64,000 nt of DNA from Pseudomonadota bacterium (lineage in GTDB: Bacteria; UBA10199; 2-02-FULL-44-16; JAAZCA01), in the NCBI GenBank assembly GCA_016927275.1, contig JAFGMW010000030.1:8135-72134 (forward strand). The letters run 5' to 3'. This document shows, piece by piece, positions 41,632 through 49,887 of this stretch. Under the pieces are notes generated by a model. The model was not told the origin of the DNA. It did no database searches and saw only the letters and a list, made by a program, of their open reading frames with translations. The first letter of the stretch is position 1. Every line of letters starts with the position of its first letter. The translations under genes were made by a program, and so were the position numbers.

Positions 41632-42543
41632 ATGGCGGCAGTCACCCCAACATCCCCCTTTTGCAACGGAATCACGACATCAGCAGCGTCCACGTCTTTT
41701 ACTACAGGCAATATCGCCGGCCACACGATGGTGGGGATTCCAGGCGGTCTTACTGTCATAGGATCTACTGTCAAATCACGGTTCGCTGACGTGCAGAACC
41801 CACCGGAGTGGGTTCTGCTCCAGCCATATTTCATCGGCGAGACGACTGTAAGCGAATCGCAGTATAGCGAGATCATGGGTGCCAGGGGCCCTCAAATGGA
41901 GCGGAATGGCACAAAGCAGTACCGCCTTGATCTGGGCGATTTTCCCGGAAATCATCCCGCAATCCTTACCAAATTGTCCACACAAGTGGAGGCTTATCTA
42001 AAAAAGATAGGGGCTCAACTTGATCTGCCCAATGAGGACCAGTGGGAGAACGCGGCCAGGGGCCCAGCGGTCAACATACAGCAACTCATGGAGGAGGAGA
42101 CTGGCAAATTCACGCCTGCCGACGTGGTAGATTTCGTGGCCGGTCGGTTCGAGAATCTTGTATTCAAAGTCCTCGGAGAGATATTCACTGACCCGAGGGT
42201 GAGGGCCTTCCAAAAGATGATGAGCGAGGGTATTCCCTTTTTCGGCTGGCGAGTCTTTGGCACGCCTTCGGGTCGTCTGTCCCATGAGGAAGCATGGTTT
42301 GGCCAGGGATACAACGGCAAGACCGCACCCGTGAACTGGGGCCCGAAAAACGCCTATGGTCTGTTCAATATGACCGGCAATGTCAAGGAGCTGGTGCGGG
42401 ATGGCAGTGGTCGCAGCGGGTTGCGCGGCGGCTCCTGGTCCGACGAAGCCGACTATGTGATGTTGCGCGCGGGGGACCGCAGCAACGAATACACTCCGGA
42501 AGACGATATCGGTTTTCGCGTGTCGGCCACTTCCAAAGAGTGA
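41632..42543 (+). CDS. FGE-sulfatase (SUMF1/CLec-fold) domain protein
   Basis: ATG 9 nt after AAGGAG. It has FGE-fold motifs (MVGIPGG, YGLFNMTGNVKELV, RGGSW, GFRVS). GC is about 52%, against about 66% for the flanks. Confidence 0.7.
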   Translation: MAAVTPTSPFCNGITTSAASTSFTTGNIAGHTMVGIPGGLTVIGSTVKSRFADVQNPPEWVLLQPYFIGETTVSESQYSEIMGARGPQMERNGTKQYRLDLGDFPGNHPAILTKLSTQVEAYLKKIGAQLDLPNEDQWENAARGPAVNIQQLMEEETGKFTPADVVDFVAGRFENLVFKVLGEIFTDPRVRAFQKMMSEGIPFFGWRVFGTPSGRLSHEEAWFGQGYNGKTAPVNWGPKNAYGLFNMTGNVKELVRDGSGRSGLRGGSWSDEADYVMLRAGDRSNEYTPEDDIGFRVSATSKE

Positions 42544-42616
42544 TAGCGATATTTATTCATTACTTTCGCCGCGCACTCGTCATCGGGTGCGCGGCAGTGT
42601 TTTATGGGACGACTTA

Positions 42617-42680
42617 GAGACGAGATCGGGAAAACTGATCAAGAGAAGCTGAGACGAGAGAGAAGAGACGAGAGAGAAGA
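42617..42680. repeat. direct repeat copy 2 with tandem 14-mer expansion
   Basis: agagacgagatcgggaaaactgatcaagagaagctgagacgagagagaa, followed by gagacgagagagaa repeated. Confidence 0.7.
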
Positions 42681-42691
42681 GACGAGATTGC

Positions 42692-43027
42692 CTATGGCAA
42701 GGCCCTGATTTTAACATAGGCCAATCTGAGGCGCGATTTGAGTGCGGCTTGCTCTGGCCGATGGATGAGGCCATAGACAAGGGCGAGATCAAGACAGGCC
42801 CCGACCTCGGCAATAGAACCCATGGATATTTCGAAGAAGCGGCGGCGCTCGCGAGAGGATGAGCGCTTGCCGTTGCCCTCCGCAAGATTGAGTACAGCAG
42901 ACGACATGGCGCGCTGAACCTGATCGACCATAAAACCATAGCCCCGGGGCCACTTGGCGACCCTTTTTGCAAGGTCCTCTGCCGCTTGGATCAACTGCCT
43001 GAAACATTCCAGTTTTTCGTGATTCAT
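42692..43027 (-). CDS. four-helix-bundle protein (23S rRNA intervening-sequence / Avd-like family)
   Basis: The 111-aa product starts MNHEKLECFRQ. It is a paralog of the divergent neighbour. ATG follows GGAGG. Confidence 0.65.
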   Translation of the reverse strand: MNHEKLECFRQLIQAAEDLAKRVAKWPRGYGFMVDQVQRAMSSAVLNLAEGNGKRSSSRERRRFFEISMGSIAEVGACLDLALVYGLIHRPEQAALKSRLRLAYVKIRALP

Positions 43028-43031
43028 AGTA

Positions 43032-43107
43032 CCTCCTTGGGGTTTGGTTTTTGCGTTGCCCTCTCGCAGAGGGTGGAGGGCAACGTCAAAAACCAAACCT
43101 ATGGAGG
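43032..43107. promoter_or_regulatory. imperfect palindromic control region shared by the divergent four-helix-bundle genes
   Basis: 32-nt arms (cctccttggggtttggtttttgcgttgccctc and gagggcaacgtcaaaaaccaaacctatggagg), about 85% complementary. Each arm includes the SD (ggagg) of one gene. Confidence 0.6.
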
Positions 43108-43113
43108 TGTTTC

Positions 43114-43449
43114 ATGCTTCACGAAAAACTGGAATGTTACCGGCAGGCGATTTTGTTGGCAGAGGACCTAAGCAAAGAGGTTGCCATGTGGCCCAAGGGA
43201 TTTGGGTATCTTTCTGATCAGCTAAAGCGCGCCATGGCCTCAGTGGTCCTTAACCTCGCGGAGGGCAACGCCCGTCCTTCTCAGCCCGAGCGCCGCCGCT
43301 TCTTCCATATCGCCAGGGCCTCGGTTGCCGAGGTCGCGGCCTGCGTCGATCTCATGCTGGCATTCGGTCTGATCCGTCAGGACAGGATGCTCTCGCTCAA
43401 ATCGCGTCTTACCGAGATCAGCAAAATGATCTGGGGCTTGATACGATGA
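43114..43449 (+). CDS. four-helix-bundle protein (23S rRNA intervening-sequence / Avd-like family)
   Basis: The 111-aa product starts MLHEKLECYRQ. It is about 50% identical to the 42692-43027 product. ATG follows GGAGG. Confidence 0.65.
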   Translation: MLHEKLECYRQAILLAEDLSKEVAMWPKGFGYLSDQLKRAMASVVLNLAEGNARPSQPERRRFFHIARASVAEVAACVDLMLAFGLIRQDRMLSLKSRLTEISKMIWGLIR

Positions 43450-43568
43450 TTGCTATTATTCGCATTCATTCGCATCCATAGTCGTACTATCATCGCATTT
43501 GGTCGCTGCATCATCGCATGACCATCGCAGTCAATCGCACAACTGTCGCTTCTTGTTTTCTCAGGAGA

Positions 43569-45866
43569 TCACGATAGCCTGATCGACGTCTTGAGGTTGA
43601 ACGCGTCCACAGGCACCTCCGAGACCCTCCCGCCGGCGCGCTCGATCGCCTCGCAGGTCCCGCCTGCCCTGAAGTATCTGCCCAGGGCAAGGAGCGGGAA
43701 GTAGTGCCTGTAGCCGTGGTAGCGGATGTAGAAGTGAAGCGGGAAGCCGGTACCCGTGTAATGCATCTCGTCCCAGCCCCTTTCCGAGTTACGCGAGTTT
43801 ATTAGGTGGAGGGCCGCCCTCGCCGCTGCCCTCGAATGGACGGCACCGCCTGCCGTGAACGCCATCAGCGCCCACGCGGTCTGGGAGGGGACGCTTGCGC
43901 TGTAGCATTCGAACGGCTTGTGCGGATGGTAGGTGTCCGCCGCCTCGCTGAAGCCGCCGTCGGGCTTCTGCACCGACTCGAGCCATGCGACCGCCTTGGC
44001 CACGCGGGAGTCGGTCTGCCTCATCCCCATGGCCGCAAGCGCCGTGAGCACGCACCACGTCCCGTAGATGTAGTTTATCCCCCAGCGGGCGAACCAGGCC
44101 CCGAACTCCTCCTGAGTCTCCCAGAGGTAGTCCAGCGCCTTGCGGACGGCGGGATGCGAGGTGGAATAGTTTCGCCTCATGAGGAACTCCACCATGCGGC
44201 CGGTGATGTCCGGGGATGAGGGGTCCAGGCACGCCCTGTGGTCCGAGAACGGGATGCGGTTGACCAGCGTCCGGTTCTGGTTGCGGTCGAACGCGCCCCA
44301 GCCCCCGTCGTCGTTCTGCATGGAGATGAGCCAGTCGATGCCGGTCATCACCGCCTTCTCCTTGTCGCGCCACGGGACCGAGACGCGGCAGAGCGCGGTG
44401 AGGACCTGTATCGTGTCGTCGACGTCCGGGTAGTAGTCGTTCTCGAACTCGAACGACCAGCCGCCCGGCTTTCCCCTGGGGTTTTTGACCGACCAGTCGC
44501 CCCGCACGCCGGTGATCTGCCTCTTCATGAGCCAGCGCGTCGCGCGGAGGAGGGCGGGGTCGGAGGGTGAGACGCCTGCCTCGAGCAGCGCCTCGATCAT
44601 CCAGGGGGTGTCCCAGACAGGGGAGATGCAGCACTGCTGATGAATCGAAATGCCGTGACTCGTGACTTGTGACTCGTGACTTGCGAAGACCTCGGATGAA
44701 TCCGTGCGGGGGTCGATCCCTGCCTCGCGCAGGTCGGAGGGCCTCGTCTCGCCGTTGTCCCTGATCTCCGGCGGGAGCGCGGGCACGTCCGCAGTCGCAT
44801 AACGCTGCTGGAACATCTTCAGGGCATTGAAGGGCCGCCTGATCCTCGGGTCGTCGTTGGGATATCCCAAGGCCCTGTGCGCAAACGCGCAGTAAGCGAG
44901 CGGCGGATAGATGTCCTCGCACCTCTGGACCCGCTCCCAGATCCAGTCGGAGCAGCGCCGGATGGCCTTTGCTCGAATCTTCTTTAAAGGGTTTTTCTCA
45001 TATCTCTTGAGCAGGCGGTCGATCTGTATGAAGAAATTCTCGATCGAGAAGAACCCGTTCTCGGAGTTGAAGGAGTAGTTTCGCTTGTCGGTCGGGGCCA
45101 GAAATATCTCGTCCAGCGTGAAGTTGTCGGGCAACCTCTCGACCTTTTTCTGAGAGACGAAGATGAGCAGGGGGACGATGGTGGCCCTTGCCCAGCTGGA
45201 GAAGGAATATATGGAGATGTACGACCAGCTCGGCAGGAAGATGAACTCCGCAGGCATTGCCGGGGCCGCATCCCAGGGAACGAGCCCGAACATTGCAAGA
45301 TGTATCCTTGTGAAAACACGGGATTTTTCAGCGCCGCCCGCAGAGAGAATATACTCCCGGGCCCTCAGCATCCTGGGGTCTTGCGTATCCATGCCCGCGA
45401 GCTTCAAGGCAAAGTAGCACTCGACCGTGGTGGACAGGTCGGCCGGTCCCTCGTGATACAGGGCCCAGGTCCCGTCTGCGCGCTGCACGTCGAGTATGCG
45501 CCTGGATATGCCCTTGAGGACCTCCGGATCGACTTCGCCCAAGTAGTGCATGAGAAAGATGAACTCGGCGCCGATGGTCTCGTTTGCCTCGAGCGCAAAC
45601 CACCAGTAGCCGTCCCTGCGCTGGAGCGACTTCATGAGGCGGACCGTGTCATCCAGCACCGAGGTGGCGGTTAAGCGCTTGCCGCTGATGCGGATCTGTC
45701 TCCCCGAGGCAGGGTCGACGATCTCGTCCTTCACAGGCGGCCGCCGGATCGGACCGATCACGCCGCCCGTGCCGGGTTCGACAGGGAAGCCGAGCTGGCC
45801 CTGGGTCGTTGAGAGCTCCTCTGTGAGCCCCTGATCGTCGCTCGATCTCTTGTCTGCGATGGTCAT
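43569..45866 (-). CDS. shc: squalene-hopene cyclase
   Basis: QW motifs (DGGWGAF, GAWFARWGINYIYGTW), catalytic-site region DVDDT and ISPVWDT. The 765-aa length reflects an N-terminal extension plus an internal low-complexity insert that carries a heptamer repeat. Confidence 0.85.
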   Translation of the reverse strand: MTIADKRSSDDQGLTEELSTTQGQLGFPVEPGTGGVIGPIRRPPVKDEIVDPASGRQIRISGKRLTATSVLDDTVRLMKSLQRRDGYWWFALEANETIGAEFIFLMHYLGEVDPEVLKGISRRILDVQRADGTWALYHEGPADLSTTVECYFALKLAGMDTQDPRMLRAREYILSAGGAEKSRVFTRIHLAMFGLVPWDAAPAMPAEFIFLPSWSYISIYSFSSWARATIVPLLIFVSQKKVERLPDNFTLDEIFLAPTDKRNYSFNSENGFFSIENFFIQIDRLLKRYEKNPLKKIRAKAIRRCSDWIWERVQRCEDIYPPLAYCAFAHRALGYPNDDPRIRRPFNALKMFQQRYATADVPALPPEIRDNGETRPSDLREAGIDPRTDSSEVFASHESQVTSHGISIHQQCCISPVWDTPWMIEALLEAGVSPSDPALLRATRWLMKRQITGVRGDWSVKNPRGKPGGWSFEFENDYYPDVDDTIQVLTALCRVSVPWRDKEKAVMTGIDWLISMQNDDGGWGAFDRNQNRTLVNRIPFSDHRACLDPSSPDITGRMVEFLMRRNYSTSHPAVRKALDYLWETQEEFGAWFARWGINYIYGTWCVLTALAAMGMRQTDSRVAKAVAWLESVQKPDGGFSEAADTYHPHKPFECYSASVPSQTAWALMAFTAGGAVHSRAAARAALHLINSRNSERGWDEMHYTGTGFPLHFYIRYHGYRHYFPLLALGRYFRAGGTCEAIERAGGRVSEVPVDAFNLKTSIRLS
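44654..44684. repeat. heptamer tandem repeat array inside shc
   Basis: cgtgactcgtgacttgtgactcgtgacttgcg, which reads ASHESQVTSHG on the coding strand. Confidence 0.8.
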
Positions 45867-45913
45867 CTCTGGAAACCCCTTGAAATCGATTCACCTGCCC
45901 CAAGTCGCATAAC

Positions 45914-45983
45914 ATATATTATGTAAGGTTGAATACGCAACCTATCTTTCATCCCTGGGCAGATTCAACCTTACATAATATTA
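45914..45983. repeat. 19-21-bp inverted repeat (atattatgtaaggttgaat / attcaaccttacataatat) with a 28-nt spacer
   Basis: Perfect 19-bp arms. AT-rich. Between the rpoH stop and the shc start. Confidence 0.7.
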
Positions 45984-46001
45984 AAGGCTAAAATCCACCC
46001 C

Positions 46002-46034
46002 CCTCAACCTAAACCTCAACCTGATCCTCAACCT
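46002..46034. repeat. three CCTCAACCT direct repeats at 12-bp periodicity
   Basis: Copies at 46002, 46014 and 46026, immediately 3' of rpoH. They share AGGTTGA (read on the - strand) with the inverted-repeat arms. Confidence 0.6.
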
Positions 46035-46040
46035 CCCCTT

Positions 46041-46937
46041 TCAAAGGCTCAAGGCATCTATGCTGATCCCGCTGTCCTTGAAGAACTCCTTCAGCCTCTC
46101 TATGAGCCTCGCCTCGATCTGGCGCACCCGCTCCTTTGTGATGCCGTACTCGTCCGCTATCTGCTGGAGCGTGAGCGGCAGCTCGGCCAGGAGCCTCTCC
46201 TGAAAGATCTTCCTCTCCCTCTCGCTCAAGGCCGAGGAGAACTCGTCGAATTTCTTCCTGAGCATGTCCTGGGTCTCGCCCGCAGCGAGCCGATCGTCGG
46301 CAGCGGGCTCGTCCACAGGCAGAAAGTCCTGGAGTATGGCGGAGCCTTCTCCCTTTCCAACGGGCGCCTCGAGGGCGAACTCGGGGGTCGTAAGCCGCCT
46401 CTGCATGTCGATGACCTGCGATTCGGGCACGTGAAGCCGCTTCGAGAGCTCGACCGGCGTCGCATAATAGCCCATGGACTCGATCTTGTCCTTCTCCTGC
46501 ATGAGGTTGTAGAAGAGCTTCTTCTGGGCCTTGGTGGTGCCGAGCCTGATGAGGCGGAAGTTGTCGAGTATGTACTTGAGGATGTAGGAGCGGATCCACC
46601 ACGACGCGTAGGTGGACAGCCTCGCCCCCTTTTCCGGGTCGAAGTTGCGCACCGCCTGCATGAGGCCGACGCTCCCCTCCTGGATGAGGTCGAGCACGTT
46701 GTGGAAGGCGTTGCGGTACTCCATCGCGATCCTGACCACGAGCCTCAGGTGCGCCGCCACGAGCTTCTTCGCGGCGGCGACGTCGCCTTGCTCGTGGAAC
46801 CGGCGCGCGAGCTCGACCTCCTCCTCGGCCGAGACGAGCGGATAGGCCTGAACCTCCTGGATATAGCGCGCCAGGGGATCGACCACCGACAGCGCCCTCC
46901 CCTCGGGGAGCGGAGCCCTTGTGTCCCTCTCGTTCAT
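46041..46937 (-). CDS. rpoH: RNA polymerase sigma-32 (RpoH-like) factor
   Basis: Sigma-70 regions 2 to 4 and an RpoH-box-like QKKLFYNLM. The start MNERDTR is chosen at the ATG with an SD; the table ORF extends further upstream. Confidence 0.75.
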   Translation of the reverse strand: MNERDTRAPLPEGRALSVVDPLARYIQEVQAYPLVSAEEEVELARRFHEQGDVAAAKKLVAAHLRLVVRIAMEYRNAFHNVLDLIQEGSVGLMQAVRNFDPEKGARLSTYASWWIRSYILKYILDNFRLIRLGTTKAQKKLFYNLMQEKDKIESMGYYATPVELSKRLHVPESQVIDMQRRLTTPEFALEAPVGKGEGSAILQDFLPVDEPAADDRLAAGETQDMLRKKFDEFSSALSERERKIFQERLLAELPLTLQQIADEYGITKERVRQIEARLIERLKEFFKDSGISIDALSL

Positions 46938-46947
46938 AGCGACTCTT

Positions 46948-48228
46948 TCAGCCGGCGAAGGCGATGCGGCCCCTGACGATCGTCCATCTCGCCCTGCCCA
47001 TGACGCGCAGGCCGTTGAACGGGGTGTTCTTCCCTCTGGAGGCGAAGCGCGACGCATCCACGGTCCACGCGGCGGAGGGGTCGAAGATCGTGATGTCCGC
47101 GTCGGAGCCGGGCTTGAGCGAGCCCTTGCCCTTGAGCCCGAGTATCCGCGCCGGCGCGGCGGAGAGCGCCTCGACAAGCCTCTTGAGCGTTAGCTTGCGC
47201 TCGGCCACCAGGGCCAGCGCGAGCGGGAGCATGGTCTCGAGCCCGGATATGCCGAACGCAGCTTCCTCGAACCCCATCTCCTTGTCGATTATGTTGTGGG
47301 GCGCGTGGTCGGTCGCGATGGCGTCTATGGTGCCGTCGGCCAGCGCCTTGATGAGCGCGCGCCTGTCCGCCTCGGTCCGCAGCGGCGGGTTGACCTTGGT
47401 GTTCGGATCGAAGTCCGAGACCGCCTCGTCGGTGAGGGTGAGATGATGAGGAGTCACCTCCGCGGTCACCCTTATCCCCCTCCTCTTCGCGCGCCTTATC
47501 AGCTCAACGGTGCCCATGGTGCTCGCGTGGGCTATGTGCAGCCTGGCCCCGGTGAGCTCGGCGAGCATTATGTCGCGCGCGACCATCAGCTCCTCGGCCG
47601 CGGCAGGCATCCCCTGGAGCCCGAGCTCTGTGGAGACCAGCCCCTCGTTCATCACCGCGCCGCCGGCGAGCGCGGCGTCCTCGCAGTGCGATATCACCGG
47701 GAGGCCGAAGGCGGTCGCGTATTCCATGGCGCGGCGCATGAGCCCCGAGTTCATCACCGACCTGCCGTCGTCCGATATGGCGCAGGCCCCGGCCGAGGCC
47801 AGATCGCCGATGTCGGACATGGCCTCGCCCTTGCCCCCCCTCGTTATCGAGCCGATCGGAATCACCCCCGTGGCTCCCAGGCGCCCCGCCTTCTCGAGCA
47901 CGTACTCGGCGACCGACGCGCAGTCTATCACGGGATCGGTGTTCGGCATGCAGCAGACCGTGGCGAGTCCGCCGGCCGCCGCGGCCCTGGTGCCGGACTC
48001 GATGTCCTCCTTGTACTCCTGCCCCGGGTCGCGCAGGTGCACGTGCATGTCGATGAATCCCGGAGCCACGACGCAGCCGGAGGCGTCGAGGACCTGGGCG
48101 CCTTCAGGCGCCTTCCTGGAGGGGGTCACCTGCTCGATCTTTCCGCCCCTGACCAGGACCGAGAGCTTCCCGTCGGTCCTGGACGCGGGATCGATCACGC
48201 GTCCGTTGACTATGAAATATGATGACAT
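46948..48228 (-). CDS. pyrC: dihydroorotase
   Basis: Metal-binding DMHVHLRDPG and a multifunctional-type dihydroorotase fold. Confidence 0.85.
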   Translation of the reverse strand: MSSYFIVNGRVIDPASRTDGKLSVLVRGGKIEQVTPSRKAPEGAQVLDASGCVVAPGFIDMHVHLRDPGQEYKEDIESGTRAAAAGGLATVCCMPNTDPVIDCASVAEYVLEKAGRLGATGVIPIGSITRGGKGEAMSDIGDLASAGACAISDDGRSVMNSGLMRRAMEYATAFGLPVISHCEDAALAGGAVMNEGLVSTELGLQGMPAAAEELMVARDIMLAELTGARLHIAHASTMGTVELIRRAKRRGIRVTAEVTPHHLTLTDEAVSDFDPNTKVNPPLRTEADRRALIKALADGTIDAIATDHAPHNIIDKEMGFEEAAFGISGLETMLPLALALVAERKLTLKRLVEALSAAPARILGLKGKGSLKPGSDADITIFDPSAAWTVDASRFASRGKNTPFNGLRVMGRARWTIVRGRIAFAG

Positions 48229-48243
48229 GGCGCTGCCTCCGTA

Positions 48244-49179
48244 TCACTCAGAGTGGGTCTCGCCCAGGAGCAGGTACAGCACGGCCATCCTCACGGCCAC
48301 GCCGCAGGTGACCTGGCCGAGTATCACCGACCTGGGGCCGTCGGCGACGTCGGCCGCTATCTCGACGCCGCGGTTGACCGGGCCCGGGTGCATGATCGCG
48401 AGGTCCTCCTTCGCCGACTTGAGGTCGTCCGCGCAGATTCCGAAGTAGCGGGCGTACTCCCTGGCCGACGGGAAGAAGTGCTCTCCCAGCCGCTCCCTCT
48501 GCACCCGGAGCAGCATGAGGACGTCGAGCTCCGGCAGCACATCGCGGACGTCGCTTGCGACCCTCACGCCGAACGCCTCCTCGACGCCGAACGGGATGAG
48601 CGTGGGCGGGCCGGCCACGGTCACCTCGAGGCCCATCTTCTTGAAGAGGAGCATGTCGGAGCGCGCGACCCTCGAGTGGAGTATGTCGCCGACGATGCCG
48701 ACCTTGAGCCCCTTCATGCGCCCCTTCACATCGTTTATGGTCATGAGGTCGAGCAGGGCCTGCGTGGGGTGCTCGTGCATCCCGTCGCCCGCGTTGATTA
48801 TGCGGGCCCGGGTGGCGCCGGCCGCCTGGGCGGGCGCCCCGGCCACGCTGTGCCTTATCACCAGGATGTCCGGCCGCATGGCCTCGATGTTGCGCACGGT
48901 GTCCAGCAGCGTCTCCCCCTTGTTGGCCATCGCGGAGCCGGACTTGGAGATGTTGCTGGAGTCGGCCGACAGCCTCTTCTCGGCGAGCTCGAAGCTGAGC
49001 CGGGTGCGCGTGCTGTCCTCGAAGAAGCAGTTGATCACCGTGCGGCCCCTGAGGGTCGGCACCTTCTTTATCGGCCTCTCCGATATCTCCTTGAACGAGG
49101 ACGCGGTCGCGAGGATCGTGAGCACGTCCTTCTTCGTGAGGTCGTTTATCGAGAGTATGTGCCTCGTTGAAAGTCTCAT
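48244..49179 (-). CDS. pyrB: aspartate carbamoyltransferase catalytic subunit
   Basis: Motifs STRTR and HPTQ, and length. Confidence 0.88.
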   Translation of the reverse strand: MRLSTRHILSINDLTKKDVLTILATASSFKEISERPIKKVPTLRGRTVINCFFEDSTRTRLSFELAEKRLSADSSNISKSGSAMANKGETLLDTVRNIEAMRPDILVIRHSVAGAPAQAAGATRARIINAGDGMHEHPTQALLDLMTINDVKGRMKGLKVGIVGDILHSRVARSDMLLFKKMGLEVTVAGPPTLIPFGVEEAFGVRVASDVRDVLPELDVLMLLRVQRERLGEHFFPSAREYARYFGICADDLKSAKEDLAIMHPGPVNRGVEIAADVADGPRSVILGQVTCGVAVRMAVLYLLLGETHSE

Positions 49180-49192
49180 CCCGCCTCCCTCG

Positions 49193-49732
49193 TCACTTCT
49201 GCTTCCTCACCCACACCTCGTTGCGGTCGTCGATCGGCTTGACCATGACCTTGACGTTCTGGTCGGCGGTGGTCTTGATCCTTCTGCCCACGTAGTCGGC
49301 CTGCACGGGCAGCTCCCTCCAGCCGCGGTCGATCACCACCGCCAGCCTCACGAAGCGCGGCCTGCCGAAGTCGATGATCGCGTCCATCGCAGCCCTTATC
49401 GTCCGGCCGGTGTAGAGCACGTCGTCGATGAGCACTATCCCCTTGCCGTCGATGGCGAACGGTATCTCGGTGGGCTTCACTATCGGCTGCTCGCTGACCT
49501 CGGAGAGGTCGTCCCGGTAGAGGTTGATGTCCAGGCTGCCCACGTCCATGGGGCGGTGCTGGATCGACTCGACCTTGCGGGCGATCCACTCCGCGAGCGG
49601 CACGCCCCTGGTGAGGATCCCCAGCAGGGCCACGTTCTCGGTCCCGTCGGAGACGATCTCGCGGGCGATGCGGGTGATCTCCGCCTCCATCTCCCTCTCG
49701 CCGAGCAGCGGCTTTCCCTTTGTCTCAGCCAT
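49193..49732 (-). CDS. pyrR: bifunctional pyr operon regulator / uracil phosphoribosyltransferase PyrR
   Basis: PRTase motif VLIDDVLYTGRT and PyrR length. Confidence 0.85.
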   Translation of the reverse strand: MAETKGKPLLGEREMEAEITRIAREIVSDGTENVALLGILTRGVPLAEWIARKVESIQHRPMDVGSLDINLYRDDLSEVSEQPIVKPTEIPFAIDGKGIVLIDDVLYTGRTIRAAMDAIIDFGRPRFVRLAVVIDRGWRELPVQADYVGRRIKTTADQNVKVMVKPIDDRNEVWVRKQK

Positions 49733-49887
49733 CTCTTCTCCCCTCGCAAAAAGACCTCCCCGTGATCTGCGGGGAGGCCTTTATGTGCAGGTGCTCTTTG
49801 ATCGCAATCACCCTCTGTTGGTGGGGCTCCTTACTACGCGATGACATCTAAGTCAATGATAAAAAAGGGGTTATGTCCAGGGGCCCC

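Noticed and set aside
42380-42543. A functional diversity-generating retroelement centred on the FGE-sulfatase gene.
   Set aside because: No reverse transcriptase ORF and no template repeat copy of the C-terminal coding region in the window. RGGSW and GFRVS are general FGE-fold motifs, not DGR-specific. I kept it as a finding only as a DGR-like association or possible remnant.
46900-46960. One-base disagreement between my manual position count and the ORF table around the rpoH start and the pyrC stop.
   Set aside because: Counts elsewhere (60, 935, 12763, 46041, 46612, 46845) agree with the table. I could not resolve the local offset by eye, so I used the table frame for coordinates.
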